Shown here piece by piece: positions 27,951 through 37,195 of a stretch of 43,035 nucleotides of DNA. The notes below the pieces were generated by a model. The model saw only the letters and a list, made by a program, of their open reading frames with translations, searched no databases and was not told the DNA's origin. Position 1 is the stretch's first letter. Each line of letters begins with the position of its first letter. The translations under genes were made by a program, and so were the position numbers. This DNA is from a virus (lineage: Duplodnaviria; Heunggongvirae; Uroviricota; Caudoviricetes): positions 1 to 43,035 of the IMG/VR virus record IMGVR_UViG_2541047789_000007. One strand, given 5' to 3'.

Positions 27951-28649
27951 ATGGAATCACAATATTCACTTACCAACGAAGAAATTTATGACTTGGTAGA
28001 AATAGCCTCCAAAAAGTATAGATCACCTATCGACCGCGATATTCTCATCCCACTACTTAACATGGTCTACGGTGCACTGGTGCAGAATAACCGAATACTA
28101 GCTATTCGTTCTGATCTGAGATTTGCCCAGTCCCATGTACTGGGAGAACCTGATCTACCCCTCTGCTTCCAGCGCGATGATGCACAGGCAATAACTCGCT
28201 CCTTCGAGTCACTGAAAAGCCAGCTACGGGCAGATCATAACCGGTCTAGGAGACCGGGTAACCCAACGTTGCTATCTTATGGGTGGTGTAGAGAACGTGA
28301 CGCAAGCGAGCATCCCCATTATCACCTGATGTTGTTGTTTAATGCAGATGTGTATGGATACTTGGGCAATTACCAAGAACTCAATGCTAAAAATATGGCA
28401 ACCCGAATACAGAAAGCTTGGTGCAGTGCTATAGGGCTTGCTCACGAAGATTACGCAACATTAGCTGAGTTTCCACCAAATGCTGTTTACAGGTTTAGCA
28501 GATTTGATGCACTGGATCGTAACCCAATCTACTGGGATTTCCTGATTCGACTGGCGTATTTGGCCAAAACCAGAACTAAGGATACCTACAGCGGTTACCG
28601 TAACTTTGGCACAAGTCAGTGCTTACGGTCGATCGGATTAACTTATTAA
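27951..28649 (+). CDS. yfjJ: YfjJ-like protein (inovirus Gp2-type replication-initiator-related domain)
   Basis: 232 aa, synteny after yfjI-like; family assignment from memory. Confidence 0.55.
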   Translation: MESQYSLTNEEIYDLVEIASKKYRSPIDRDILIPLLNMVYGALVQNNRILAIRSDLRFAQSHVLGEPDLPLCFQRDDAQAITRSFESLKSQLRADHNRSRRPGNPTLLSYGWCRERDASEHPHYHLMLLFNADVYGYLGNYQELNAKNMATRIQKAWCSAIGLAHEDYATLAEFPPNAVYRFSRFDALDRNPIYWDFLIRLAYLAKTRTKDTYSGYRNFGTSQCLRSIGLTY

Positions 28650-28731
28650 TGGTTCTACAGGTAAGGGGCTGATCCCCCTACAGATCAATTACGTAACTGT
28701 TACATTCCGCAGTAAAAAATAAGATAATGTG

Positions 28732-28767
28732 CCTCAGTACCCTGCTACAACCTGCTACATGTAGCAG
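28732..28767. repeat. Perfect 36-bp palindrome
   Basis: CTGCTACAACCTGCTACAT|GTAGCAGGTTGTAGCAG: 18 perfectly paired positions each side of centre. Confidence 0.85.
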
Positions 28768-29059
28768 GTTGTAGCAGCCTTAAGAGATCAGGGCGCATAT
28801 TTTTGGGGCTAATAAAGGGTAACTTGTTGCTGTTCCAGCTATGTTTGCTAGAAAGTATGTGGTTAAGGTCAATCATGATCCCCAGAGGTGCCTTCGCATA
28901 CATGTCAAATGTGAAATTCGCACGAGTAATTCAAAAAAGAACATGTTTTCATCGTGTTGAAACATTACGATAGAAGTATCAAGATTATTCTGAACGTTAC
29001 GAAACACAGTTGGAATTTCCACTTATCGTAATAGGATATTGGCAAAATGGAGTCGCTGA

Positions 29060-32000
29060 ATGAGTGTGTTGAGTTGGGCAATAGACCTATGCGGGAAGAT
29101 GGAAGCGTGGCTGGTTAAGCGCCAAGCAAAAGATCAACTACAGAGCGCAGAGCAGGGGTTGAGTCTGATGGAAGAAGAATTAGGTGATCGCTATGACACC
29201 TTAGCGCCGAAAACCATCAATGATGCCAGTATGCGAGAGTATTTCATTGCCCTGAAATACGCCTTGTCTCAGAAAGACGTAAGAAACATTGCCATTACAG
29301 GGAGCTATGGCGCAGGGAAAAGTACGGTTATTTCATCATTTATGAAATATCACTGCGATGATAAATACATCAATGTATCTCTTGCGGGATTCGATATGAC
29401 GGAAAATGAAACAACCGTCAGCCCAACTCACCAAGAGGTTGAACTCAGTATCCTGCAACAAATTCTTTATAAAGAGAATAGAGAGAAGCTTCCCGACTCA
29501 AGGATAGACAGAATAATCGACAGGGGCCCTCACTATGTCAGAGGAACTTATCGAGCCTTACTTAAAGTCATTACCCCCATCGCGGTAGCCGCATTTATTA
29601 TCTATTTCAAAACAATTGCAGAGTTTCTAAGCCTTCCGCCATCCTGGATCGAGGTATTTAATGCACACTACATCATAAAAGGCTTTATATTAGTTTCGCT
29701 GGCTTTTACCGCGCTGTACTTTATAACTGCCAGCGCATCTCGAATCGGTATTTTTGATAAGAAACTCAAGCTGAGCAAGATCGCGCTTTTAAGCGGGGAT
29801 GTTGAGGCAAGCGAGCAAGAGACACCATCCTTATTGAATAATTGCCTTGACGAGATCGTGTATTTTTTCACCAAGCTGAAATATAAGGTAGTCATCTTTG
29901 AAGATCTTGACAGGTTAGGGACGCCTGAGATTTTCGTTAAGTTGCGTGAAATTAACAAAATAGTTAACAATAATATTGTCGATGGCAGTCCGGTCAGGTT
30001 TGTTTATGCGGTAAGAGATGACCTATTCCTGGGCGCTGATGCCAGAACTAAATTCTTTGATTTCATTCTCCCTGTCATTCCATTTATGGACAGCAGAAAC
30101 GCGTTTACCTTATTAAAAAGGAAAATGTTACTCAATACGCATAACGATACATATTTGAAAGACATTTCTGTACATATAAATGATATGCGCAGCCTGCAGA
30201 ATTTGGTCAATGAGTACCATGTATTCAGTAATATCGTTGATAACGGCAACGACAAAATCAAACTGTTATCGCTGGTATTTTATAAAAATATCTATGCATT
30301 AGACTACTACCTTACCGATAAGAAAACAGGGGTTTTATATTCATTTATTCGCGACTATCGCACCCGAAAACTTCACCATAATCATTTTGACTCTCTGGAA
30401 ACAAAACTGGATCTTTTACAGGCCGAAATAGAACATCTTAATTATGAGCCTATGTATGACCATAGGGGAATTAGAGAGGAAATAGTTTGTCGATATATTC
30501 CTAAGATACTCTGGGATGGCGTTCATTTTGGTACGGGAAATGGATACAGTAATTTTTATCCTTTAGGAACTTTGGCTTTAATTGATGATGAAAATAGTTT
30601 TTTGGAGTTTTTATCGCAAAAGGAAAACTTATATATAGGCTACTTTGTTAGTCATCAGGGGCATTCACTTTCACTTTTTGATAGAGCATTAAGAGAACAA
30701 CTAAAAGAAGAATACCTGAAACGAAAAACGAAAATGGGTAAAGATAAAAACTCGGCTTTTAGTGAACTGCAAATAAAAATAAAGAAAATTAAAGAGTCAA
30801 TAAAATTAAAAAACACCCTTTCGCTGCGAGAACTTACGCTAATAATCGGGCGTGAGAAATTTGCAGAGATTGCGCAGGGGTATCTTGAGGCGATGGAGGG
30901 GCATGACTTCGTTTCTAAGCAGCAGCTCCATGCTTTGTGTGCTGATATGCGCAATGGCGGTTTAGACGCCTTATATCTGCTGCTGTCCGATGGTCTGGTG
31001 ATGCAAGACTTCATGGCCTACCGCTCTATTTTCCATGAAGGATCGATGACCGTAAATGATAACGACTTTTTGAAAGCCGTCGGTCAGGATCTGAGCTACG
31101 CAACCTCAAACGGTGAATATTTTATCGATGACGAGAACAGAGTCATCAGCGAATTGGTTGAACATAACCGTATTTATGCCGATGGCGCGCTTCATCATCA
31201 ACTGGTGACTCATTTGATTGATAACGCGGACGAACATCTGGCGGGCATGTTCGCTTCGCTATTCAGTCAGTCTGATGAACACATCCTTGCTGTTTTCTCT
31301 GAGCTTTATACACGATTTGGCAAACCCGAAACCTTCGATAAGTTAATCGTTACCGCGCTGCAAAAAAATGGTTATCTTGACAGAATGGTTGCCGTTCTCG
31401 CGGGACAGCTGGGTGAAAAATTCACCAACGATATTGCTATCAGCGTGATAGCCTGCGTATCACCTGCACATGCGCAAGATAAACTGCAATACCGCCAGCT
31501 TATTCATTCGCTGGGGTGCCGTATCATCTCTCAGCTCACCGAAGAAAATCAGGAAGCGTTTATGCGTCATGTACAACAGGCGGATGCACGCTATGACGAG
31601 CTGTTCGAACCAATAACGCCAACGGAGCGGTATTGCCTACAGTTTACTGCACAAAACAGCCTTTATCAGTTAACTCGACACAATGTTGGCATTGCCGTTT
31701 CATGTCTTATTGACAACATAACGCCTGAAGAGGCGGAAAGGAAACCCTGGACACTCGCCTATGAACATGAACTCAGCACGGTTTCTGACTACTTCAGTCA
31801 AAACATTGATATATTCGTCAGGGATGTGTTTATCTACTCCGCTGAGGATGGCGACTGTATCCGCTACGTTCTGACCCGTACCTCTCTAAGCGACGATTCC
31901 AAAGGCGATGTCGTCAGAAACATGACCTTCTCGTTTTCCGACCTGTCCGGGATATTGGCTAAAGCAGTATTTACCGAAGACCAGCTAACGATTTCCTATC

Positions 32001-32899
32001 ACGACCTGTTTTACCGATATGACCGCGTCGCACCGGGATGGGGGGCGCTGATAGACTATATCTGTGAAGATTGCGACATGGAGATACTGACGGCTTATGT
32101 GACAAAGCATGCGCCTGTATTGGGGCAATCATCCCCGGAAGTTTATGATGGCGACCGCTATGACCTGCTGTATATGAAAATTATCTGCAATGATGACCTA
32201 GAAGAACAGGTTTATCAGAGCCTAGTTGCACCGATTGAGATTAACATGCGGGAAATTGATGAGCGGCTTAGCGCGCGTCATTTCTGCACCCTGGTTGCCA
32301 TGCAGAAGCTGCCTCTCGACGCGGATGTGTATGAAAAAATTGCGGCTCAATATGCGGTTCAAGATGAAAATATAAGTGATGCCTTCGTCTATTGGTTCAG
32401 CCAGTACAAAAGTGAGTTTTTGACGCAGCCCGAATTCTATCTAAGAAAAGAAAAAGACGCGCGCTTCTTTAATGTCATGCTCACAAAAATCATAACCTAC
32501 GCGCACTTTACCGTGCAAGAGAGAGCGGACCTGGTGTCGCTATTCATTGATTATTTCATTGCGTCTGATATCGCTGACCTTAATTACCCTCATGATGTCC
32601 TGCTGCAGGTGTTTAACAGTACCAATAATGAAGAATTCAAGGTCATGCTGTTTACGCGATTTATTGTGACAGGCCTGAATAAACATCAACTGGCCGGGCT
32701 ATGTCATCAACTGGGCGAAGACGAATTGAGTAATGTATTCATCAATCGAACCCAGGCAACAATTGCTGTTATAAACAGGGAACGCGTGATATCAATTCTT
32801 GAACATCTGCAAGCAGTACGCATCATAAGAGGTTTTCAGGAGCGTGAAAGTGGGAAAATCTCCGTCTTTATCGAACCCGATCTGGAGGATAAAGATTAG
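29060..32899 (+). CDS. Giant KAP/YobI-type P-loop NTPase with transmembrane insertion (1279 aa)
   Basis: Walker A ITGSYGAGKST, then two hydrophobic helices, then Walker B KVVIFEDLDRLG; about 900-aa C-terminal region without recognisable motifs. Confidence 0.6.
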   Translation: MSVLSWAIDLCGKMEAWLVKRQAKDQLQSAEQGLSLMEEELGDRYDTLAPKTINDASMREYFIALKYALSQKDVRNIAITGSYGAGKSTVISSFMKYHCDDKYINVSLAGFDMTENETTVSPTHQEVELSILQQILYKENREKLPDSRIDRIIDRGPHYVRGTYRALLKVITPIAVAAFIIYFKTIAEFLSLPPSWIEVFNAHYIIKGFILVSLAFTALYFITASASRIGIFDKKLKLSKIALLSGDVEASEQETPSLLNNCLDEIVYFFTKLKYKVVIFEDLDRLGTPEIFVKLREINKIVNNNIVDGSPVRFVYAVRDDLFLGADARTKFFDFILPVIPFMDSRNAFTLLKRKMLLNTHNDTYLKDISVHINDMRSLQNLVNEYHVFSNIVDNGNDKIKLLSLVFYKNIYALDYYLTDKKTGVLYSFIRDYRTRKLHHNHFDSLETKLDLLQAEIEHLNYEPMYDHRGIREEIVCRYIPKILWDGVHFGTGNGYSNFYPLGTLALIDDENSFLEFLSQKENLYIGYFVSHQGHSLSLFDRALREQLKEEYLKRKTKMGKDKNSAFSELQIKIKKIKESIKLKNTLSLRELTLIIGREKFAEIAQGYLEAMEGHDFVSKQQLHALCADMRNGGLDALYLLLSDGLVMQDFMAYRSIFHEGSMTVNDNDFLKAVGQDLSYATSNGEYFIDDENRVISELVEHNRIYADGALHHQLVTHLIDNADEHLAGMFASLFSQSDEHILAVFSELYTRFGKPETFDKLIVTALQKNGYLDRMVAVLAGQLGEKFTNDIAISVIACVSPAHAQDKLQYRQLIHSLGCRIISQLTEENQEAFMRHVQQADARYDELFEPITPTERYCLQFTAQNSLYQLTRHNVGIAVSCLIDNITPEEAERKPWTLAYEHELSTVSDYFSQNIDIFVRDVFIYSAEDGDCIRYVLTRTSLSDDSKGDVVRNMTFSFSDLSGILAKAVFTEDQLTISYHDLFYRYDRVAPGWGALIDYICEDCDMEILTAYVTKHAPVLGQSSPEVYDGDRYDLLYMKIICNDDLEEQVYQSLVAPIEINMREIDERLSARHFCTLVAMQKLPLDADVYEKIAAQYAVQDENISDAFVYWFSQYKSEFLTQPEFYLRKEKDARFFNVMLTKIITYAHFTVQERADLVSLFIDYFIASDIADLNYPHDVLLQVFNSTNNEEFKVMLFTRFIVTGLNKHQLAGLCHQLGEDELSNVFINRTQATIAVINRERVISILEHLQAVRIIRGFQERESGKISVFIEPDLEDKD

Positions 32900-32925
32900 C
32901 GATTTAGCCTTTTCAGGCCGGGACC

Positions 32926-32949
32926 GGCAGGTCTCTGCCTGTTTTTGTT
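32926..32949 (+). terminator. Candidate terminator after NTPase gene
   Basis: GGCAG-gtct-CTGCC followed by TGTTTTTGTT. Confidence 0.4.
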
Positions 32950-33369
32950 AATCTGTTAACGAACTTAGATTGTCTCTATACATGTTAGATTCTTTCAGAA
33001 ATATATTGCTGAACAATCCGCTCCTGGCACGAAGCGGACCGCCTCAATAACTGAAGGTCCGCTGTGAGCGAGGACCGGACATTAGCTCTAACATTCTTTT
33101 GGGCAGAACTTTGTCAGTTATTTTGATAAATGAGCATTAAGCGGATTATCTGGGATATTGCAAAATTTTTAATCAAGTGGTCAAATTCACTCCCCCCTAT
33201 ACTGAACATCATGGATATTCTGTGCCTAACTAGGTCCGGGACAGTGACGTTTTCCTGCTCGACTGAGTCAGCCAAATGCTCCACTGTTCACTCACCAAGT
33301 AGTGAGATAATTCATAACTAGAGAATTCCGACTGCCTCAGGTATATAGTCGTGGTGTATTACCAATTAT

Positions 33370-34470
33370 TTATTTGATGTTGGACTCAAAAATCTCAACG
33401 AGTTCTTTGACTTTTTTCATGCAATCAATATTAACACACCTATATTTATCATTATATTTTATAAGTGACACTAAATATGAGCGATAACCTTTTAATTTAT
33501 TCTGTAATTGATCATCAGCATACTTAGAGTAAAAATCAAATTTATTCCCATACCTTAGGGTAAACTTCCTATGGTTTAAATAGAATACGCTCTCCATTAT
33601 ATACATTGGGGATTTTTGTTTTTTGAGCAATGCGGAAACTTTTTTCAACGGTTTAAGTTTTTTATCAGATAGCCTGATGTTACCAACAGGCTTCTCTTTG
33701 TACACATGAAAAAAGTCTTTCTTTCTTTTCCTGTTCTGTACTACATAACCGTTAAGCGATATAGTGTTCTCAGTCGCTCTCCTTTTCTTTTTTTTCAACT
33801 TGAGAGAAAGTATAGAGACGAAGATAGAAATATCCTTTTCAAATTGCTCAGAATGCAGGTACTTACTGTTATCACAAGAAAAAAGCATATCATCTGCATA
33901 ACGTGAGTAGATAATCCCTTTATCTTCACACAATTTTTGAATAAGAATATCTACTCTTCTGAATATTATGTTTGATATTACAGGGGAGGATGAAAATCCA
34001 ATAGGTAACACTTCTTTCCCACGAAAGTCTTTGTCAATATAAGTGTCACTAACCTTGTGAGTAACAGAAATATATGCAATATCTAGAGCTGAGTATTTAT
34101 TTCCATTCTTTTCATTGTTGAAGTGCTGAGCGAGTAGGCTTTTTACTTCATGCGTAGGTATTGAATGGAAGAATTTTTTGATATCCAATCGTAGGAAGTA
34201 ATATCCTTGGATATGGGGCCTTAGAAAGTCGTAATAAGATTTACCTTGAACAAAGCCGCATGCGGATGAGTTAATGGGACTTTTATCTAGAACAAACTTA
34301 GTTATTCTATCATTTATACGCTTGTGTTCAGAGTCTCTAGAAATTTCAAAAAAGTTGTCGCAACCAACTTTAAACTCTCTGACGGCAGGAGTGAAATCAT
34401 TTAGAAGATCTTCATTGCCTTTAAGAATCGCTTTCTTAAAAAAGTCATCGCTAATATTATTTTTTATCAT
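33370..34470 (-). CDS. Reverse transcriptase (retron-like / defence-associated RT)
   Basis: RT motifs: motif A LRLDIKKFFHSI, motif B LPIGFSSSPVISNIIF, motif C YADD; 366 aa; AT-rich. Confidence 0.8.
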   Translation of the reverse strand: MIKNNISDDFFKKAILKGNEDLLNDFTPAVREFKVGCDNFFEISRDSEHKRINDRITKFVLDKSPINSSACGFVQGKSYYDFLRPHIQGYYFLRLDIKKFFHSIPTHEVKSLLAQHFNNEKNGNKYSALDIAYISVTHKVSDTYIDKDFRGKEVLPIGFSSSPVISNIIFRRVDILIQKLCEDKGIIYSRYADDMLFSCDNSKYLHSEQFEKDISIFVSILSLKLKKKKRRATENTISLNGYVVQNRKRKKDFFHVYKEKPVGNIRLSDKKLKPLKKVSALLKKQKSPMYIMESVFYLNHRKFTLRYGNKFDFYSKYADDQLQNKLKGYRSYLVSLIKYNDKYRCVNIDCMKKVKELVEIFESNIK

Positions 34471-34473
34471 AGA

Positions 34474-34673
34474 GCTTCAACCCGATACAAAAGAACACCA
34501 TTACACCGTAGGTGTGTACTTCGACGCATACTAATCAGAGTGACTAGTTTAGCAGTCATTAGGACTATGCCCAAAGCTAAAAGAAGCTGGACTCCCTCAA
34601 GCAAAGAGCGGGAGAGGCAAGCTCTCAGATACTTGTCGAAACTCATATCTCCCCTCTACTATCGGGTTGAAGC
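34474..34673 (-). ncRNA. Candidate retron msr-msd non-coding RNA bracketed by 14-bp inverted repeats (a1/a2-like)
   Basis: Perfect inverted repeat GCTTCAACCCGATA (34474-34487) / TATCGGGTTGAAGC (34660-34673) enclosing about 170 nt with internal hairpins; lies between OLD gene stop and RT start. Confidence 0.4.
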
Positions 34674-36760
34674 ATACGAATGATATCATAAAACTCGGGG
34701 AAATAAACTTTAAATACTGTCCCAAATGGTTGATTTTTAGCTAAAGACTCTTTTTCAACGTATCCGACGGCATAATTTAGGAAGCTTGTAGTCCATCCAT
34801 CGGTTTTATCAAGGTATTTGTTGTGTACAGTGTTCTCTTCTAATAATTTCATTAGCATTTTTGCATGCTTGGAAGTGTATCGCAACTTGCCGCTTACCTT
34901 TCTCTTATTATTTAAAGTTTGTTTGTATGTTTCAACATTGAAGTGGCTATAGTCAGTTAATGCCATTGACTTTCCATTAAAAATGACTCTAATGTAATCA
35001 ATGAGCATATCCTCTGTAACATACTTGCTTCGTTTTATACGCTTCAATGTAGAATCAAAATTAGAATTATGTTCACTGTCTAACCATCCATATACAATTT
35101 TTGAGCTATGTTTCTGGATTAAACAACCTTCTAATGTTGTTCTATTTAGATAAATATTCTGATCAAGCAACCTGCTTTTAACAGCAGTAAATACCGACTC
35201 AAAGTCAGACTCATCTAGAAAAGTTTGAGTTGTATTATTTACTTTTACTTCTTTATTTATAACGGATAACAACGTCTCAATATTTTCTCGTTTTGTCTTG
35301 TACTTCTTGCTAAAACCCAATTTGTATTTATTAAGCTCTGATTTTAAAGTATCTGGTTTAAAGTTAAAATAGCTACCGTTTTTTTCTAGTTTTATAGATA
35401 AACTACGAGGCTCACCTTTAATTGATATTGCTTTGTCTGCATCGAATAAGAATAAGTATGGTATAGTAGAGTTTGAGTATGATGGATTAACTCGCTCACC
35501 AACGACATTGCTACTACATTTATAAACATCTATATTTCTTAAATGAGGGAAATGTTCAGTCATCTTCATGTTTCCAAAAGCTTCCAACTCACTTTCACCC
35601 TCTACAAATAGGATAAAGTCGCTAAAAAACAATCTTGCTTCATTGTCACTAAAAATATTTATAAAGCTCTCGTTGTCATAAGTGGAATTTAATATGCTAA
35701 TCGTAGTTCTAGCATCAACTTTCTTCTGAAAACAATAAACACGTTGTTTTTGCCTGAACTTTTTAATTATCTCTTTTACTATATTCGGCGAATGAGTTGT
35801 TATAAATACTTTAGGCCTAGTAACTCGATCATCTTTTTTTTCATTATAATTGTAACTAGTAAATATATCTTGGACTAGAACCTCGTTCATTTTAGGGTGT
35901 AGACCTAGCTCTGGTTCATCAATAAAAACAAATGGTGTTATATATTCTCTTCTTGAAATTGTAATTAGTATCCTAAGAAAGGTTTTTATGAAATGAAATG
36001 AATTTGTTCCATCTGAGTGAAACTTTAAATCATTTTCGTCTATCTCAAACCGATAACCTTTTAATCCAGCCTTAATATAGCTCAACACCTTTTCTTTCTG
36101 AGAACTTGGCTTCGTAGATATCGTTCTATTTAAGTCTGAAATATAATTCCTATAAGAATTATCACCACTCGAATTAATTGAATTATCAAAAAAATCAATT
36201 ACAGATTGGTCATCAATTTTAGACAGATTGAAAGACTTCACTCTTGATATAAGATCCCACAAACTGTCCCATTCATGTAAATCCATATGTCTAGGTTCAA
36301 CATGGAAAAATGGAAATAGATAAAGAATAAGGTTTAAAGTTTGTTTGTCTTTAGTTGACCACTTAACTTTACCATCGCTGTATATGTTCAGTGTCAAAGT
36401 ATAAGTGGTGTAATCATTATCGTAGCGCGTTAATGCAAATATGCTTCGTTTATGGAGAGGAACCAATTTTCGGATGATAAAATCAAAATACTTATTTTTA
36501 GGTTGATTCCTGGCTATCCTATAAATTCTGGTCATATCATAAGTTACTGATATAGAACCTTTATACGAATAATTAGAGTTTAGCTTTGGCGGTAACTCTT
36601 CTTTGCCTTCTAGTTTATTGTAGAAGAATTTAAGAACTTTAAGTAAGTTAGACTTTCCAACGTTATTGCGACCGACAATGCAGTTTAAGTCGTTTAAGTT
36701 ATCAACATTTAGCTCATCGAATGATAACAAGTTGGTGATTTTTATAGCCTGTACAGTCAT
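34643..36760 (-). CDS. OLD-family ATPase/TOPRIM nuclease (705 aa)
   Basis: Walker A GRNNVGKSN, Walker B FVFIDEPELGLHP, TTHSP, TOPRIM LFVEGESELEAF and LFLFDADKA; AT-rich. Confidence 0.8.
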   Translation of the reverse strand: MTVQAIKITNLLSFDELNVDNLNDLNCIVGRNNVGKSNLLKVLKFFYNKLEGKEELPPKLNSNYSYKGSISVTYDMTRIYRIARNQPKNKYFDFIIRKLVPLHKRSIFALTRYDNDYTTYTLTLNIYSDGKVKWSTKDKQTLNLILYLFPFFHVEPRHMDLHEWDSLWDLISRVKSFNLSKIDDQSVIDFFDNSINSSGDNSYRNYISDLNRTISTKPSSQKEKVLSYIKAGLKGYRFEIDENDLKFHSDGTNSFHFIKTFLRILITISRREYITPFVFIDEPELGLHPKMNEVLVQDIFTSYNYNEKKDDRVTRPKVFITTHSPNIVKEIIKKFRQKQRVYCFQKKVDARTTISILNSTYDNESFINIFSDNEARLFFSDFILFVEGESELEAFGNMKMTEHFPHLRNIDVYKCSSNVVGERVNPSYSNSTIPYLFLFDADKAISIKGEPRSLSIKLEKNGSYFNFKPDTLKSELNKYKLGFSKKYKTKRENIETLLSVINKEVKVNNTTQTFLDESDFESVFTAVKSRLLDQNIYLNRTTLEGCLIQKHSSKIVYGWLDSEHNSNFDSTLKRIKRSKYVTEDMLIDYIRVIFNGKSMALTDYSHFNVETYKQTLNNKRKVSGKLRYTSKHAKMLMKLLEENTVHNKYLDKTDGWTTSFLNYAVGYVEKESLAKNQPFGTVFKVYFPEFYDIIRMLQPDSRGEI

Positions 36761-37143
36761 AGTGTGCCCTAGATTTTTTTCTCATTATATCAGTTGCTTA
36801 TTTAGCTTACTACTCCGATAAGATTTTTACTCAGGAAAATCAATAGGTTTCTAATACTAGCAGTCGTCCGGTCTTTGCTTCACTGAGTTTCGAATCCTTG
36901 GATATTCAACGCATCGGCAATTCCTCTCTTAACGTGATATATGCTTCTAGCCGGTGTACGCGCAACTTCGGATAACTTGAGATAAGGCAAACTAGCCTCG
37001 ATAAGATGTGAACGGGATTTTTCTCTGGATCATAACGGGGCATAAATGAGTTAGCACCGATATCCGCTTCTGGCACAGAACGGCCTATCAGCATTCTAAA
37101 AATATTCAGATATATATCATTCAACTGAACATACCCCATTATC

Positions 37144-37172
37144 GGCAGAACCTCATGGTTCTGCCGTTTTTT
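37144..37172 (+). terminator. Strong hairpin terminator immediately upstream of yfjP-like
   Basis: GGCAGAACC-tcat-GGTTCTGCC followed by GTTTTTT. Confidence 0.6.
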
Positions 37173-37195
37173 GTTTTCATTTTAGAGGAGCAGTG

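Noticed and set aside
33130-33321. 63-aa plus-strand ORF downstream of the RT gene
   Set aside because: No RBS, low-complexity translation, lies in intergenic AT-rich DNA
36861-36900. tRNA-like T-loop motif (GTTTCGAATCC) suggesting a tRNA fragment or att site at the cargo boundary
   Set aside because: Flanking bases do not form a T-stem or acceptor stem and no CCA-proximal structure; likely chance match
36906-37139. 77-aa minus-strand ORF upstream of the OLD gene
   Set aside because: No RBS, no recognisable family, overlaps the region containing the plus-strand terminator; possibly a gene remnant but not supportable as a CDS
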